From the NCBI GenBank assembly GCA_000165425.1, contig CT868649.1, forward strand, positions 186,001-250,000: a stretch of 64,000 nucleotides of DNA, given 5' to 3'. This stretch comes from Paramecium tetraurelia (taxonomy: Eukaryota). Under the pieces are notes generated by a model. The model made no database searches and was not told the DNA's origin. It worked only from the letters and a program-made list of their open reading frames with translations. Made by a program: the position numbers and the translations under genes. Shown one piece after another: positions 24,445-38,121 of this stretch. Every line of letters starts with the position of its first letter. Within the stretch, counting starts at the first letter, position 1.

Positions 24445-27400
24445 ATGAATCATCAAAGATAATTCCAAAGTTTGAGAAGTGTCCCAGATGTCCAGGAAAC
24501 TGATGAAGTGGAAGATCGAGTATTTTATCAGATGGTAGGGACAACACAATAAGAATCCCATTTAGTAGCAAATAGTGATCGCGCATCTATTGAAGAATGG
24601 ATGAAATTACAACAAAGTCTAAAAGAAGAGCAATACAAAATGAGATAAGAAGATGAACTAAAAAACAAATTGTTAGATGAATTAAAGCAGGAAAGCAAGA
24701 ATTATTACTAAACCTACATAAATGTATTGATGGAGAGCAATATGAATCAAGAGCATAAGACATTGGAAGAATCCACATCAAGGTTATTTAGGAATGCAGA
24801 AACCAACGTTAAATTGATATTTGAAAAACTATCAAATACAAAGGTATGTTCTGCCATATTCCAACATCACAATAATACAATTCGAACTACAGAAATCGAG
24901 ACACTCATAAGAACATTCATAAATAGTATCTATGATAACATTGCGTGTGGATCTATGTGGAAATAGCCAATTTTGAAATTAATTAGTGAAATAATAACAA
25001 CGGAAGTCAATAGATAAGAATTTCCTGAATTTTTGTGGGATAGAGAAGATACTTTGACTCAATTTATTATGAAGGAATTTACTAAAAGACCTGAAAATGT
25101 CAAATATACTAAAGTTATCTTCAAAAACTCTTTGATTCAAATCACAAAAGTTGATAAGTTTCTTGATTTAGACAAAAGGAAAATTGCAGACAAATTACGC
25201 GAAATTATGAAAGAAAAAGATAAAAAATAAAAAGAAGAAAAACAATCATTGAATTCTTCTGCTTTTATTGTTAAGCAAGTGCCCTTGATGTTAAATTCCT
25301 CTCAAAAATTACCTCAAAGATAAATACCAATCATTACACCTATCAGAAACATAGAAATGCCCTAATAAAATATGACACTCTATTATGCAAATTTAATTAA
25401 ATAATATGATCAATCAAAGAAATCTAATATCAAAAATTCAAGAAGAAATTAAAACCAATTAGCTGAATTTTCATTAAAGGTGCTTCAATTTGGAGAAGAA
25501 TAAAGGTAAGCCAAATTCTTAACCATGGAAAGGAGAAGTGTTGCTCCAATTCAAGAATCTCAGTCTGAATCTCCTATTCGAAAATTATCCAAAGTTTATA
25601 GCCACAGCAATAAATCTGATCAATATATGAATAATGAAATTAATAGTGTATTGATTGCTTGTATAGATAAATTTAAACAGCTTGTTAATAATATCATGGA
25701 AAACATCTTTAAGAATATCTACCTAATACCTTAAGGTATTCGTATCATTTGCAAAATGATTCAAATTACAATCTTAAAAAAGTTTCCAGATGCCACTGAA
25801 TAACAAATCCAAGAAAATATCTTTAGCTTCTTATTTAATGTTTGGTTAATACCTCAATTAGTATTTCCAAAATAATATTCTTCTTTTAAATATATTCGTG
25901 AAGATCATGAAAATACAATTTAGCAGATTCATACGATTATTAAAAAAATGATTAGGAACCAAAAGTATAATGAGGATCCCCAATACAATAGATTAAATTA
26001 GTATATGTAAGATTTGCAGCCTTCTCTTAAAGATTATCTTCAAGAGATTTTAAATTTATGTCCTGATTCTGTTAATGCCATAATAAACGATACGAATAAA
26101 ATAGATGGAATACTGTCTAATTGTGTTTGCATAGCTTTAGATGAAATTAAAAGTCTCTGTTAATTACTATAGGATATGAAGACTTTCAAAACAGAATCTT
26201 CAGATCTTTAAAAAGTCATTAATTAACTTGTAAGTTTGGCCACAAGAACTTTGGAAATTGATAGACACGAAAACATATTTAGACAACAACACAATCTATA
26301 AGCTTAATAATAAATTTATGCTCTTATTCTAAACTTCTCTATTCCCAATAATATTGTGTATTAAGAGTAGGTGCAACCTTTGAAGAAGATAAAAGATGAA
26401 AATTTGAGAAATTAAAGGAAACTTATAAATGCTTTAATGAAGTGTTTGATAGATATTTAAGATTTAGCTACGTCTACATCCGGAAATTAAGAAGAAGCTA
26501 GTCTTAAACGAGTACTTACTAATTTCGTTGATGTATATATTTATATTATACCTAAAGAAATACACTTATTTGGATGACAAAAAAACTGTATTCTAAATTA
26601 AGTATGTATTGGAATAGCTTAAGTTATAAAGTCAAGGGGAATTGTAAAGTAATTTAAAAAATATTTACTAAATTTTAAATTAGGAATTTCAAGAACGCTC
26701 AATGATGTTGACTGAACACATTCAATAAACGAAATATCAATTATTGAGTGCAAAGTATAATATTAAGAAAAATTATGAAGTGATGAGAGAGTCATTTGAA
26801 TAATTAAGCCAAGAGAAACGATAAAAACAATTATATGAATTCATTGAAAAGACTCCCTTGGCTTTATGTGTCACATCACCAAAAACAAGGGAAGGCTTAT
26901 TTTCAATGAAGGCTCACAAACTCAGAAATACTAACAACGAAGCTTTGGATGATCAGTAAATTTGGGTAGAACAATAGAGCGAGTGTATTCACAATGCAAT
27001 TAATCTGGAATTCATTAAATAAATTGTTGGCGGTGCCAGTCCTAATGACTAGAAAAAGAATTCTGAATTTTCGAATTCTCATTGTTCTGATATCAAATAA
27101 TTTATTGAAAACTTCTCCTCTCTTTAAGAAGTAAAGGAAGCAGTGATTTCTGGAGAAGATAAAGCTGGTGTGAAAAATGCATATTTTGAATTTATATAGG
27201 CTTTAGCAGCCTTTTTGAAAGGCAAGAATGAAATGAAAATAGATGAGATCTAAATGATGGATATGCTTGAGAAGTATGTCAGTAAGCGTGTTTATGATAA
27301 GTAATATTTAAGCATTATTGAAAATAGAGTCTATCCAAAGGAGAGAACATACAAAGACGCAGGTCTTTATTTTAGAATCAAATCTTTGGAATGGGTGGGC

Positions 27401-27955
27401 TATGATCATTTAGAAATAATTAAATAGAATAGAGTAGATGAAATGTGGGATTTAGCAGTTGAAGGTAATCACTATTCTCCAATGTTATATAGCTTTGTTG
27501 AACATCGATAATTGCAAGACTGCTGTAAATAAATTAGAAGCCATGATTTAATGTTCAAAAATCATGAATGACGTTCTTAAATTAACGTCATTGAAAGAGG
27601 AGGCTACCTCTGCAGATACTGTATTACCAATTCTTATTTACATTCTGATTAAAGCTGCTCCCTAAAGATTGCATAGCAACTTAAACTTTGTTTCACTATT
27701 TTTAGACAAAAGTAAAACTGTGAGTCAGTAAGGCTATTGTTTGACTTAATTACAATTGGCCATACAATGGTTAGAAGAAGTAGATCATAAACTATTGAAA
27801 ATGGATTAGATGAACTTCCTTGAGTAATTCTTTTCTTTATTTATAGAACAATAACTAAAGCTGAGATTAGATATGGTATACATTATTTGAAGAGAAGAAA
27901 TAGATCAGAGAGAATTTCAATGCCTTTAAATAAAATTTAAGCACTTATCAATTGA
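24445..27955 (+). CDS. RasGAP-like + VPS9-domain Rab5 GEF (GAPVD1/RME-6-like architecture)
   Basis: IPQGIRIICKMI..KKFP..FLFNVWLIPQLVFP; VPS9 KLEAMIQCSK..SADTVLPILIYILIKAAP..LHSNLNFV..QGYCLTQLQLAIQWL. Several track ORFs (24727, 25033, 25525) lie in this frame. Confidence 0.85.
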
Positions 27956-28186
27956 TTTAAATTTCAAATTATAGATATTTAACTTAATAAATTTTAAAAT
28001 ATTCCATTAAAGAAAAAACTAGTAAAAATTGCTATTACTTATATCATTTTAATATGTAATTAATTTGTGATTGTTTTAATTATACTAATATTCTAACTCT
28101 ATTCAATAACTGTAATTTTAAATAATAAAATTTATTTAACTAAAATAAATAACTATTTATATATATAAAATATTATTTTTATTTTA

Positions 28187-29362
28187 TCAATCTTATTCTG
28201 ATAATTAAATTAAGTATCCTTGATCCCATTTACCCTTAATAACTTATCCATCAGCAGTTGTAAATTCTCCTTCTCCGTGCACCATACCTTCTTCGAACTC
28301 ACCAAAATATTGCTCTTGATTTGTAAGAATGAGTGTTCCTTGTCCATGCATTTTTCCTTACAAAAAGTTACCTTAAATGATTAGTATACTTATTATGTAC
28401 CTTCATATGAAGCCCATCCATTGCCAATAGTTGTCATATTGTTCCAATCAATTGGTTCATTCAATTCTTCAGTTTGAAGATTAGTCAATCTTCCTTGGCC
28501 CTCATAAAGATTATCCTTCCAATAGCCTGCATAAACTTATTTGCCATCAGCATCTGTTAAAATACCAAATCCATTTCTAGTTTAAGGGGGATATCCTTAT
28601 CCTCTATAAATATATCCGTCTTCATATTGCAATGCCAATTCTAGAATAATTTGAATTTAAATACCTTGAATATTTTCATCTTCCTCTTCAGCTTAAGGTT
28701 CATTGGCTTGGTTGGTTTAGCGACCTTTGCTACCGGAGTCGTCCATCTTATATTTTTTGATGATTTCTTCTGTACTTTTGAGAGCATTCTAATATCTCTT
28801 GTCTAAGTCTTCTTCTGGTTGAGATTATGGAACTTGGGCTTTTTTCTGAGGAGGGGGAGATTTTTGCTTTTCGTAATTCGGCTACGGAGGATGAGCATCT
28901 ACGAAAATCAAATTTGAACTTACTCTTATTTGGCTGTTATGGTTTTTAAACTTGAGGTTGCTAAGCATTTCTCAGTCTCTCTTAAACTTATTCTAGAGTG
29001 AGAAACTGCCTTTAAGGTGACTACAGTTATGGAGCTGGTGATCTGGGAACTTATTGAGATTGCATGAGCACATTTCTTTGGGGTGAATGTGCTGCCTTCA
29101 ATCTATCTGGAGATTGGAATGTTCTTTGAGGCGAAGCCATAATTTGACTCATCATTGGTTAGGGTTGATAGGCTTAAGGAATGATGGTCGAGGCATATGG
29201 ATTGTATTGATAGGGTGGTGCATATCTCATCCTAGAGTAACCGTATTATGGAGCATATTAAACAGGAGGTCTCCATTGCTATGGTATTTATGGAAGTACA
29301 CCATAGGGAGGGTATCTGTATTATGGATATACTTATGGGTAGAAGTGTTAAGGATAATACAT
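28187..29362 (-). CDS. MORN-repeat protein with Pro/Tyr/Gln-rich N-terminus
   Basis: MYYPQHFYPQVYPQYRYPP..; YRGQG..RNGFG, YAGYWKDNLYEGQG, YEGNFLQGKMHGQG, YFGEFEEGMVHGEG. Confidence 0.9.
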
Positions 29363-29382
29363 TAAATTTAAAAACTTAATTA

Positions 29383-29739
29383 ATGAAATAGATGAGAGAT
29401 CGATCTTCTTCTGAAGAGTACGATTAAATTTTTGATGCCAAGAAGTAATCTCCAGCTTAGGAAAAGAAGGGCAAGAAATAGAGTTATACATTTGAAGATG
29501 GATAATATTTTTTTGATGTAAATATTGTTCTTTTAGAATATTTAAAGCTTACAACTTATAAAAGGGTCACAGTATCCAAATTCAAAGGAAACACAATGAT
29601 CAGTTTGCGCGAGTATTTTGATAAAGATGGACAAATGTTGCCAACCAAAAAGGGAATCACATTATCAATGGAGAATTGGGAGAAATTCAAATAATATATC
29701 GGGGAGATTGATGAATGCATAAATAAATTAAAAAAATGA
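29383..29739 (+). CDS. SUB1: transcriptional coactivator PC4/Sub1
   Basis: FDLTTYKRVTVSKFKGNTMISLREYFDKDGQMLPTKKGITLSMENWEKF; 30-nt intron at 29518-29547; TGA at 29737-29739. Confidence 0.95.
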
Positions 29740-32700
29740 ATTATGTTTCACGTAGTCCTTAAGTTCCCATCTATCAACAGATAAAGACGTTTGTGCAAGG
29801 TCTAGCCCAAAAGCGAAACCAGAAGGTAGTGTTAAATGAGGTTTAATCTCTCATTAATCAATTGGGCATACCTGGTGAATAGTATTTCCTGCTTCAACTC
29901 CTGGAAAGCATCGAAATACAGAAGGAGAAGCAATCACTCACTCAGAAAGGGTAATTCCTGGTGTAATGGCTCCAATAAGCCTCATCCAAATCCCACTTTA
30001 TAGATTACTTCTGTGGTGTGGTTGAAGCAGTGTGTCCTTAATCCTAATCCATCACTGAATATTTGTGTGAATTGTGTAATGCTCTTAAAGTGCCGGCTCT
30101 GGTCCAAATGATTATGTGGTTGTCTATCACTTTTTCTTCAAATCAGAATTTCTCTAAAGAAGGCATAAAGATGTTGAAGAAGAAGCTATAGGAGCCATTT
30201 TAATAGAAAAATAATTTATAGGTGCCATAGCACGTAACTCACACATTATTGTACCAACTCAGAAACGTCCCTGAATTGTCGGTAAAATATTTAAATAATG
30301 TTAGGATCTTGAATAAGAAATTAAAAATTTCAACGAGTACGTATAAAATACAAAATAGGCGGATTTAAAATGTTTGTATGATGATGGCAAAAAGTACATG
30401 AAATTGGATCCAGTTAACATAGAAATCCCTAAAATTAATGAATGCATTAAGCCTGTAGACATTCTTAGAGAATTAGGACCTTATACCAGCAATTTGTCTT
30501 AAATCTTCACAGAATACACTGATAGTGATATTATGGATTGCTTATTGTATTTGGCTAATAACCAGGGCGAGGATTCTTCTAAAGATGCTCATAAAGATAA
30601 AGATGCTACTAAAGATGTTCAATAGTTGTTTAAATCGACATCGAATACCTAATAGCCAGATTGGGACTTATTATCGTCTAATGATGCAAATAAACAACCA
30701 GAAGATGATTTTATTAAATTCTTTATCAATGACAACAACAAACGATAGTGGTCTTAAGTATTTGAGAAGTTGGATAGACCCAATTTAGAGTTGTCACTGT
30801 CAGGATATAATAATTTAATGGGATTCTTAGGCAAAATTAAGAAATAATAATAACAATTTTAATTGCCCCATAGACTCTTATTGGACAAATGGCATAATAA
30901 GAAATCTTAGATCAATTTTCTTACCTGTATGTTAAAAGCAAATAAGCCAGAATAGTTGTTTTGGAATGAAATTTAGCCTAAAAAGCTAGTAGTTATGGAA
31001 CACAATATTAATTATAAAAATTAATAATAATCGCAATATTGGTAAAATTTAGAGTTTGTTCAAATGCTAATAGAATTGAGTGAGTATGGATACATAGCTG
31101 AAATCAGAGACTTTTTTGAATCAGCAATTAAATAGAACCAAGATTTAATAATATTGGCTTTATTCTAAATTTCACCCACTTAAGGTGGAGCATTAATAGA
31201 TGAATTATTTACATAGCTATTTCCTAATTATGTATCATAACATGCCAATTCTTCACCAGTATTAGAATAGATGTGGAAATTCAATTAGAATTTATTTATT
31301 ACTGGAATCAGTGAGTTATATAAGAAAGAATATGGGAAGAAAGAAAATTCATGTTTAAATTTATCAAGGGTCTTGGACATAGTTTAACAACTCTTTCAAA
31401 ATTCCCAGTAAAACAACACATCATTGTTAACAATGGCTAAATTTGATGACTATCAATTTTCAGTTCCTTTGGGTATTTTAGCGGGTAAGAGAGAATACTT
31501 GAATTTTGATATTTGGTTGAATGAGAGAATTAAATCTTAAGGTATTCCTTTTGTTAATGTACTCCTACAATACATAGATGAAAATGTTATTCAATAAGTT
31601 AAGGAGCATCAAATAAAATCTGGGTTACCAATTGGGTAGTTGGGATAGATGCAAATTTAATAATTAGATTAGATTTTAGATAAGGGACAATTGAAATTAG
31701 AGATGATAACAATCATTTTTGAGTAGTTGATGAATCAAGGGGATAAATTGGGAAATAAGATTAAACAAACTACATAATAGTTTTATAAGGAACTTGTTCA
31801 AGTCTTTCCTTAATTGGCAGGATAGCCAAATTAAAAAACTAATTAAGAAGTTGAAAGTAAGACAGACAGTTATTTTGAGAGTTACTACAATGAGTAAATC
31901 AGTTTGGAAAACTTCTTAAATTAGATGGTGTAATGGAAAACACAGGGAAGTATATAAGAGAAAGAAGTATATGCTTGCATAATAACAAATTTGTATAATG
32001 AATATCAGTTTCATTTGAAATACCCTAAGAAGGAATTGGAATTAACAGGATAATTATTTGGAGGAGTATTGGAAAGAGGATTGGTAGAAGGTCAAAGCAT
32101 TTAGATAGGTTTGAGGATAATTTAAGTGTCATTAAAGAACAACACATAGAGATATGAGTTTGCTGTTAAGGCATTGGAAGTAATGAAAAATAAAATATAT
32201 GAATGGCCTTGGTTCGCATAAGAAGTTATGGCATGCGAACAATTATCTTTTAAGAATCCAGATCTTTTGGCAGATATAATTAGAGTGTGTGAAAAACATG
32301 GAATAAAATCCCCTTTGTAACCTGCTCCACCAATATAGACTGTTTTTCATAAGCCGCTCTAATTGGTAGCTTAGAAAGAGAAGTAAGAAGAGGAACCAAT
32401 TTAATTGACTTTAAAGAAATCTGAATCAGTCCCTGTTCAATAGACACATCCAGCTCCCATTGTGGTTCCAGCAGTAGTTCAACCCATACAAATTCCTACA
32501 TAATAACCGTAACCTGTAATAGTACCTCAATAACAACCAGTTACCTAGGTTCAATAACATCAATAAATTCATTTACAATCAGTCACTCCTCCTCCAACCT
32601 TATAGAAGTCCTCATAATTACCAGTTTAACATACACCTTAACCTTAAAAATAGAAATCTGAGGATAGCAATACAAACATTAATCTCACCTACAAACAAAT

Positions 32701-35700
32701 ATTATAAGTGGAATTCGATGAGTTTTAAAGATGTGGAGCAGATTCAGAAGTCAAGGAGTATTTTACTTTCACTTTGAACAGCATCTCCTAGAATAATGTT
32801 GAGTAGAAGGCAGCTGAAATAAGATAGAAATTAGAAAACTAGGATGCTTTGTTCTATTTCATTAAAACAATTGCCTATTTACGTTCTCCAATGGCACAAT
32901 AATAAGCATAAGGTCCGAATGTAATGTGTTGTCTACTTGCTGCATTGAATAAATCGAAATATTTCTCTGAAGTAGCCAAGGAAGTCAGCATAGGATTAAC
33001 AAGATTACTGACCTTCAATAAAACCAGTCCTTCTGCAGATGATCGAAGTACCATTAAAAACATGGGTAGTTTCTTGGGTCAAATAACAGTATCCAGAGAC
33101 AAACCTTTCTTGTTTAAGTATTTTGATTACAAGACATTATTAAAATAAAATCAACTCACTATTTATCCACTTTGTAAAATCTTGGAATAGGTTAAATCTA
33201 GTCAAATTTTCACTAAAAATAATAAGTGGGTAAATAGAATCTTATAAGAATTGGATGCTGCTAAAGAAACATGCAATACAATGGCCAAGTATGAAATCAT
33301 GAATCTACTTAAATCAATCGAATATACGGTCTAACCTATAAATCCAACACCCACTCCTATTACTATACCAAATCCGGTTGTTCCAACGATAACATAACCT
33401 ATTGTTTAACCAATCATGGATATGGATCCACTTAATAAATTGAATATCAAGAATCTACCTCAATATGTGATGGCTGATTCTAAAAACTTAAATGACAAAT
33501 TGAATGAGGCTGATTGCAAAAATCTTGTGGCTACAGCCTTAGATCATGCCATATCTGATATCATTCCACCTGTTATTAGCAGAAGTGTTACTATAGCATT
33601 AATTACAACTAGAGAACTAGTTTTTAAAGATTTCGCTCTCGAACCAAACGAAAAACACATGTTAAGAGGAATGCATATGATAGCTTCTCATTTATCAGGT
33701 AGTTTGGCCATGGTTACTTGCAGAGAACCCTTAAAAGTCAGGATCACCCATTATCTCAAAGAAGGAATTGAATAGATTGATCTTGACAATAAAACCAAAG
33801 AAACTTTTGTATAAACTGCTGCATAAGAAAATTTAGATCTAGGATGTGCTCTGATCAGAAAAGCAGTTATAGAAAGAGCATTGGAGGATGTCAATTAAGA
33901 TCCTTCCATTTTGGAATAATTAGAAAAGAGACAACGATGCAAAGAGAAAGGCTAACAATATAGAGATGAAATCACTTAAAATCAACTAAAATTCTTACCT
34001 GAACCATTACAACCAAGAATCTCTGGTTTGACTGAAGAAGAAATTAGAATCTATGAAGAATTTGGTAATAAGAAGAAATAGCCTAAATAATCAGTCTTGC
34101 AAAAGGTTTCTACTCTCTGTTAACTACTCTAAGACCCATAGAGCAATGAAGAAAAAATTTAACAATTAATTCAAGATTTAAATGAATAGGATTAATCGAA
34201 TCCGGAGCAATTTTATAAGGATTTGGCTGATAAATTTTTATAGGTTATCTTAACCAATAACTTGACTTCAGAGAAGATCTCTATCTCCTTGGATTTGATT
34301 ACTATCCTTATAAGAAAGATAAATGAAAAAGTTGGTAAGAAATGGAGTGAATTGGTTATTGAATTCATTACTAAAAACATCGAACTCTTAGAACATAGTC
34401 CATTATGGTGGTAAGCATTCCCTATTATGTTGAATAAAAGATTAATCTAAATGTAGGAGGCTGAATAAGTGATGACTCAAATTCTCACTAAGGACAATCA
34501 AATGAATGTTAGTTCCATTGTATTCATACTTAGAAAGGTTATAATTGAAGAAGATAATAATAATAGTGCATATTTGAATTAATTCAAACCTATTTTTAAA
34601 GAACTCAGTAAAAAGAAAGACACTAATCCAACAGTCTCTAAATTCTTTATGGAACTTACTAGTTTTGTCTCCAATAACCCTTAAACTAAGGTTTTCTAAA
34701 AGAAATTAAATTTAATCAAAGGTTTCTATTAAAAAATTGATGAAGAATTTTCGAATAAATTATCTCTCAAATTGAAACAATGGTACTAATTAAGTTCAGA
34801 GGAAGAGTTCAACAACTTTTTTAGAGTTGAAGGAGAAAGCCAATTCTTTGTTGAAGATTAATTGAGTAAGTTCTGTGCATATGCAATTGAATTGAGTATG
34901 ACTGATGTGAATAAAGATTATATGGATCACTCCTAAATTGAATAATTAGGGAAGATGCTTACAATGATGTCTAAGGGACTTGACCCAAAGATGAAACCTA
35001 AATTTTTTGAAAAACTATTTGATGGATGTTTAATGGTACTCACAAAGTTACATGAAGCCACTAAATAGAAATTTAATTAAAGACAATTATTCAAACTGTT
35101 TTATAATTTACTTTTTGATTTACAAATTTTGGATGAAGAGAATATTAGATTATTCCATAATAAATTTGCTGAGTTTTTAGAAAAGGTTGAACCAAGTCTG
35201 TATCCAGGATTCTCTTATGCTTGGTTAGAATTACTTTGCAATAGATATTTCTAATAGATTATAACTACAAATGAGAATGCCTATGCAAGGTTGATCATTA
35301 AATTATTAGAATTTGTGAGGGATACTATTACTGAAGAAACTATCTAATATCATTATGTCTAAGAGTATCTTAAGGGAGTGACAAGATTATTTATGCTTTT
35401 GTTGACTGATTAGAGAAAATTCTGCAGTAAGTATGCCTTCAGTTTTGCAGATGAAGTGCCTTTCAATCATGTGTAATTATTAAATTTCAGTTTGGCTGCT
35501 TATCCCAATGATCAAACTGATGATCCTCAATCTTGCACCAATATTTATGACATTGCAGATGCTCAATAATTTGGACAAGTTGTTCATGCTTGTTTTGAAG
35601 AACCTACCTAAACCAAAATCAAAGAGGAAATCCAATTCATGCTAAATATGAGTGATGAAGACTTGAAAATCAAGGTAAGTAAGTATTTTGATTATGATCA

Positions 35701-36108
35701 AAAATCTAAGTTACCAACCACCATTTCAGGTTTTTTCCTTTTATTACCAAGACATGAAAATCTCACTATTCAATAGCAAAGAGCTTTATTAACAAGAATA
35801 ATAAAGCATTCAAGTTTTGCGATTAGAAACAATGTGATAAATGTAATATTGAATTAAATTCGTTATCCTGAAAGGGCTACTGAATTCTATATTCGATACA
35901 TCCTATCACAATTCATTGTTGGGGACAATTCCTAAATTTAAGAATAATATACGACGTACCATTATTGTTTATTATCAATAGATTGATCACTAAACGTTTC
36001 TTATCGGAAAACCCCAAGACTTGGGGAATGCTTTACTTGCATGAGGAATTAAAGAGAACTCAATCTAATAACAACCAATACAAATAGTATTAGATTCAAA
36101 GACAATGA
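29736..36108 (+). CDS. NOT1: CCR4-NOT scaffold subunit NOT1
   Basis: N-terminal QQIKTFVQGLAQKRNQKVVLNEVQSLINQLG; LAGKREYLNFDIWL; EYQFHLKYPKKELELTGQLFG; ISRSVTIALITTRELVFKDFALE..SLAMVTCREPL; YPGFSYAWLEL; NQIRYP; KTWGML. Confidence 0.95.
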
Positions 36109-36137
36109 CTTATTAATAAAATGTTCATTCAATAAAA

Positions 36138-37422
36138 TCACTTTTATTGTAAAATATTAAAGAAATATTCTACTTCTAGTATGCCATCCTCTTACAAATC
36201 AGTGCAATGAATAGCATTCTTAACTCTATCGATACCAAATTTAGCTCTTATTGTTTAAGGTCTCAAAGTCCTTGCAATTTCAGGATCATGAGGTCCACAT
36301 AGATCCCTGAAAGATTTAACCTAAATTTTAATTTATATAATTTACAGCATTCTCCTATCTGATTTCCATAGCAATACAAGGACCAGATGTTAAATGTTCA
36401 GACATGGCTTAGAATTCAGGTAAGACACCCTACATAAGATATGGATTAAGATATACTTTATAGACTTCGAAGAATTCCTCACTAGTGGCTCTATCCAAAT
36501 AGAACATTTGCATAGCTGAAATTTCAAAGCCTTCACTTAAAATGATGTCTATGATTTGTCCAGCTCTTCCTTCCAATATTACATGTGGTTTGATGATCGC
36601 ACAAGTGCAATTATTGAATACTGCTGTTGATTTTAGATTAGATTTATCAGAGAAAAAGAAATCTAATTCTCTTTGTGCTGATCCAGCTATTCATTATAAA
36701 TTAATCATCTTACGAGCATCACTGCCATGACAAGCATTCCTGACTCCTTCTGTACCATATAAAGCTCTCATTGAATTTGGTGCTTCCACTCTAGCAACTT
36801 AACATTTAGTTGGACCAATAAGATCTCTCCATTTCTTCACACTATTATCGGCTATCAATTCCAAACCCACTATAAAATCACTGCATATGAATTATGTAAG
36901 TTCATCAAAGAAGGGTTTGCCCTATTCAAATTTATTAATTATTTACTCTATGTTCTCCATAGAATTGCTGAGCATCACCAATTTACATTCTAGTCATTTT
37001 CAAATTACCAATTACGAAACCGTTCTTTTCAACTGCAGTAATTATCTTCCCAATGTGTGTATATGCATCTGGTTTTATCATGCCAAATGTTCTAAATATT
37101 AATCTTAACCACTTACTTTCCTCTTTAGACTTCAAATTTCGATCTCGTAAATACATCTGCATAATCTACTATCTTTAATTATCTTGAAAAAACAGTCACA
37201 ATCGACCCGACATACAAATCCTTCAATTAAACAGAAGGATACTCACATCTTTTAAGAAATATTCTTTTGTTTTTCAAATCAAACTAAATCCATTAATCAT
37301 TTCTTTACCATCTCTATCGTCTTGTCAGCCATAAAGTATATGAGGTTATAGCTCCTTATCAAAGAAGCACTTGTGTCAAACCATTCTACAATAAACACGT
37401 ATCTCTCATCGTTGACTGCCAT
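36138..37422 (-). CDS. NME7: nucleoside diphosphate kinase 7 (DM10 + two NDK domains)
   Basis: ERYVFIVEWFD.. (DM10); TFGMIKPDA..RALYGTEGVRNACHGSD; TCAIIKPH..RAKFGIDRVKNAIHCTDL..LEVEYFF. Multiple tiny introns. Confidence 0.95.
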
Positions 37423-38042
37423 CTGTTAATAATAATATATAAATAAATTATAACTATTTTATCATCAATGTATTTTATTCAGCTTTTTCTACTTTTTCGT
37501 TTGATACTTAATAACATTTTTTATGAATCACATTAATACTACATTCTCCTGCAATTAATTAACACTTTTAAAAAACAAATAATAGATAGATTTCTTTATG
37601 AAATAAACTTATTGTTATAAATTTCTACATATTTCTTCAGACCATTAAAGAATACAATAGCTAGATAATTGATCTAGAAATTATAAGAAGTAATTTAATT
37701 ATCTGACTCTTGTTCCAGAAAATAGCACTATTTACAATTTTGAGAAATAAATCATTAAAAAAGCACCTCATTTATAATCCATTTCTAAATTTCTTACCTC
37801 CAAATTTAGCCATCATTAAATATATCATCAAACTGTATCATTTTAAAGAATGAGGTATTATCTAAATTGAAATAATAAGAATTAAATTGTGTTATGTTAT
37901 CTTAATACTTTCATATGTCTATCGTTGAACTCTCTTTACTTTCTAATTAGGTTCAGAATAGATTTATTATACCGATTAAATTACTAAAATAATGTATCCA
38001 TCATTAAATTAGCAAATCAAAAATCAAAAAAAAACATAAAAT

Positions 38043-38048
38043 AAAAAA
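38043..38048 (-). terminator. Pol III oligo-T terminator of tRNA-Thr
   Basis: T-run immediately 3' of the tRNA on the minus strand. Confidence 0.8.
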
Positions 38049-38121
38049 AGCCCCCTGACGGGGTCGAACCGTCGATCTTCTCCTTACTAGGGAGATGCCT
38101 TAACCACTTGGCCAAGAGGGC
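38049..38121 (-). tRNA. tRNA-Thr (anticodon AGT)
   Basis: GCCCTCT/GGGGGC acceptor stem; D-loop AGTGG; anticodon arm TCTCC-CT-AGT-AA-GGAGA; T-loop GGTTCGA. Confidence 0.95.

Noticed and set aside
38049..38121. Possible CUA (UAG-decoding Gln/suppressor) tRNA, because the loop contains CTAG
   Set aside because: Stem pairing places the 7-nt loop as CT-AGT-AA, so the anticodon is AGT (Thr).
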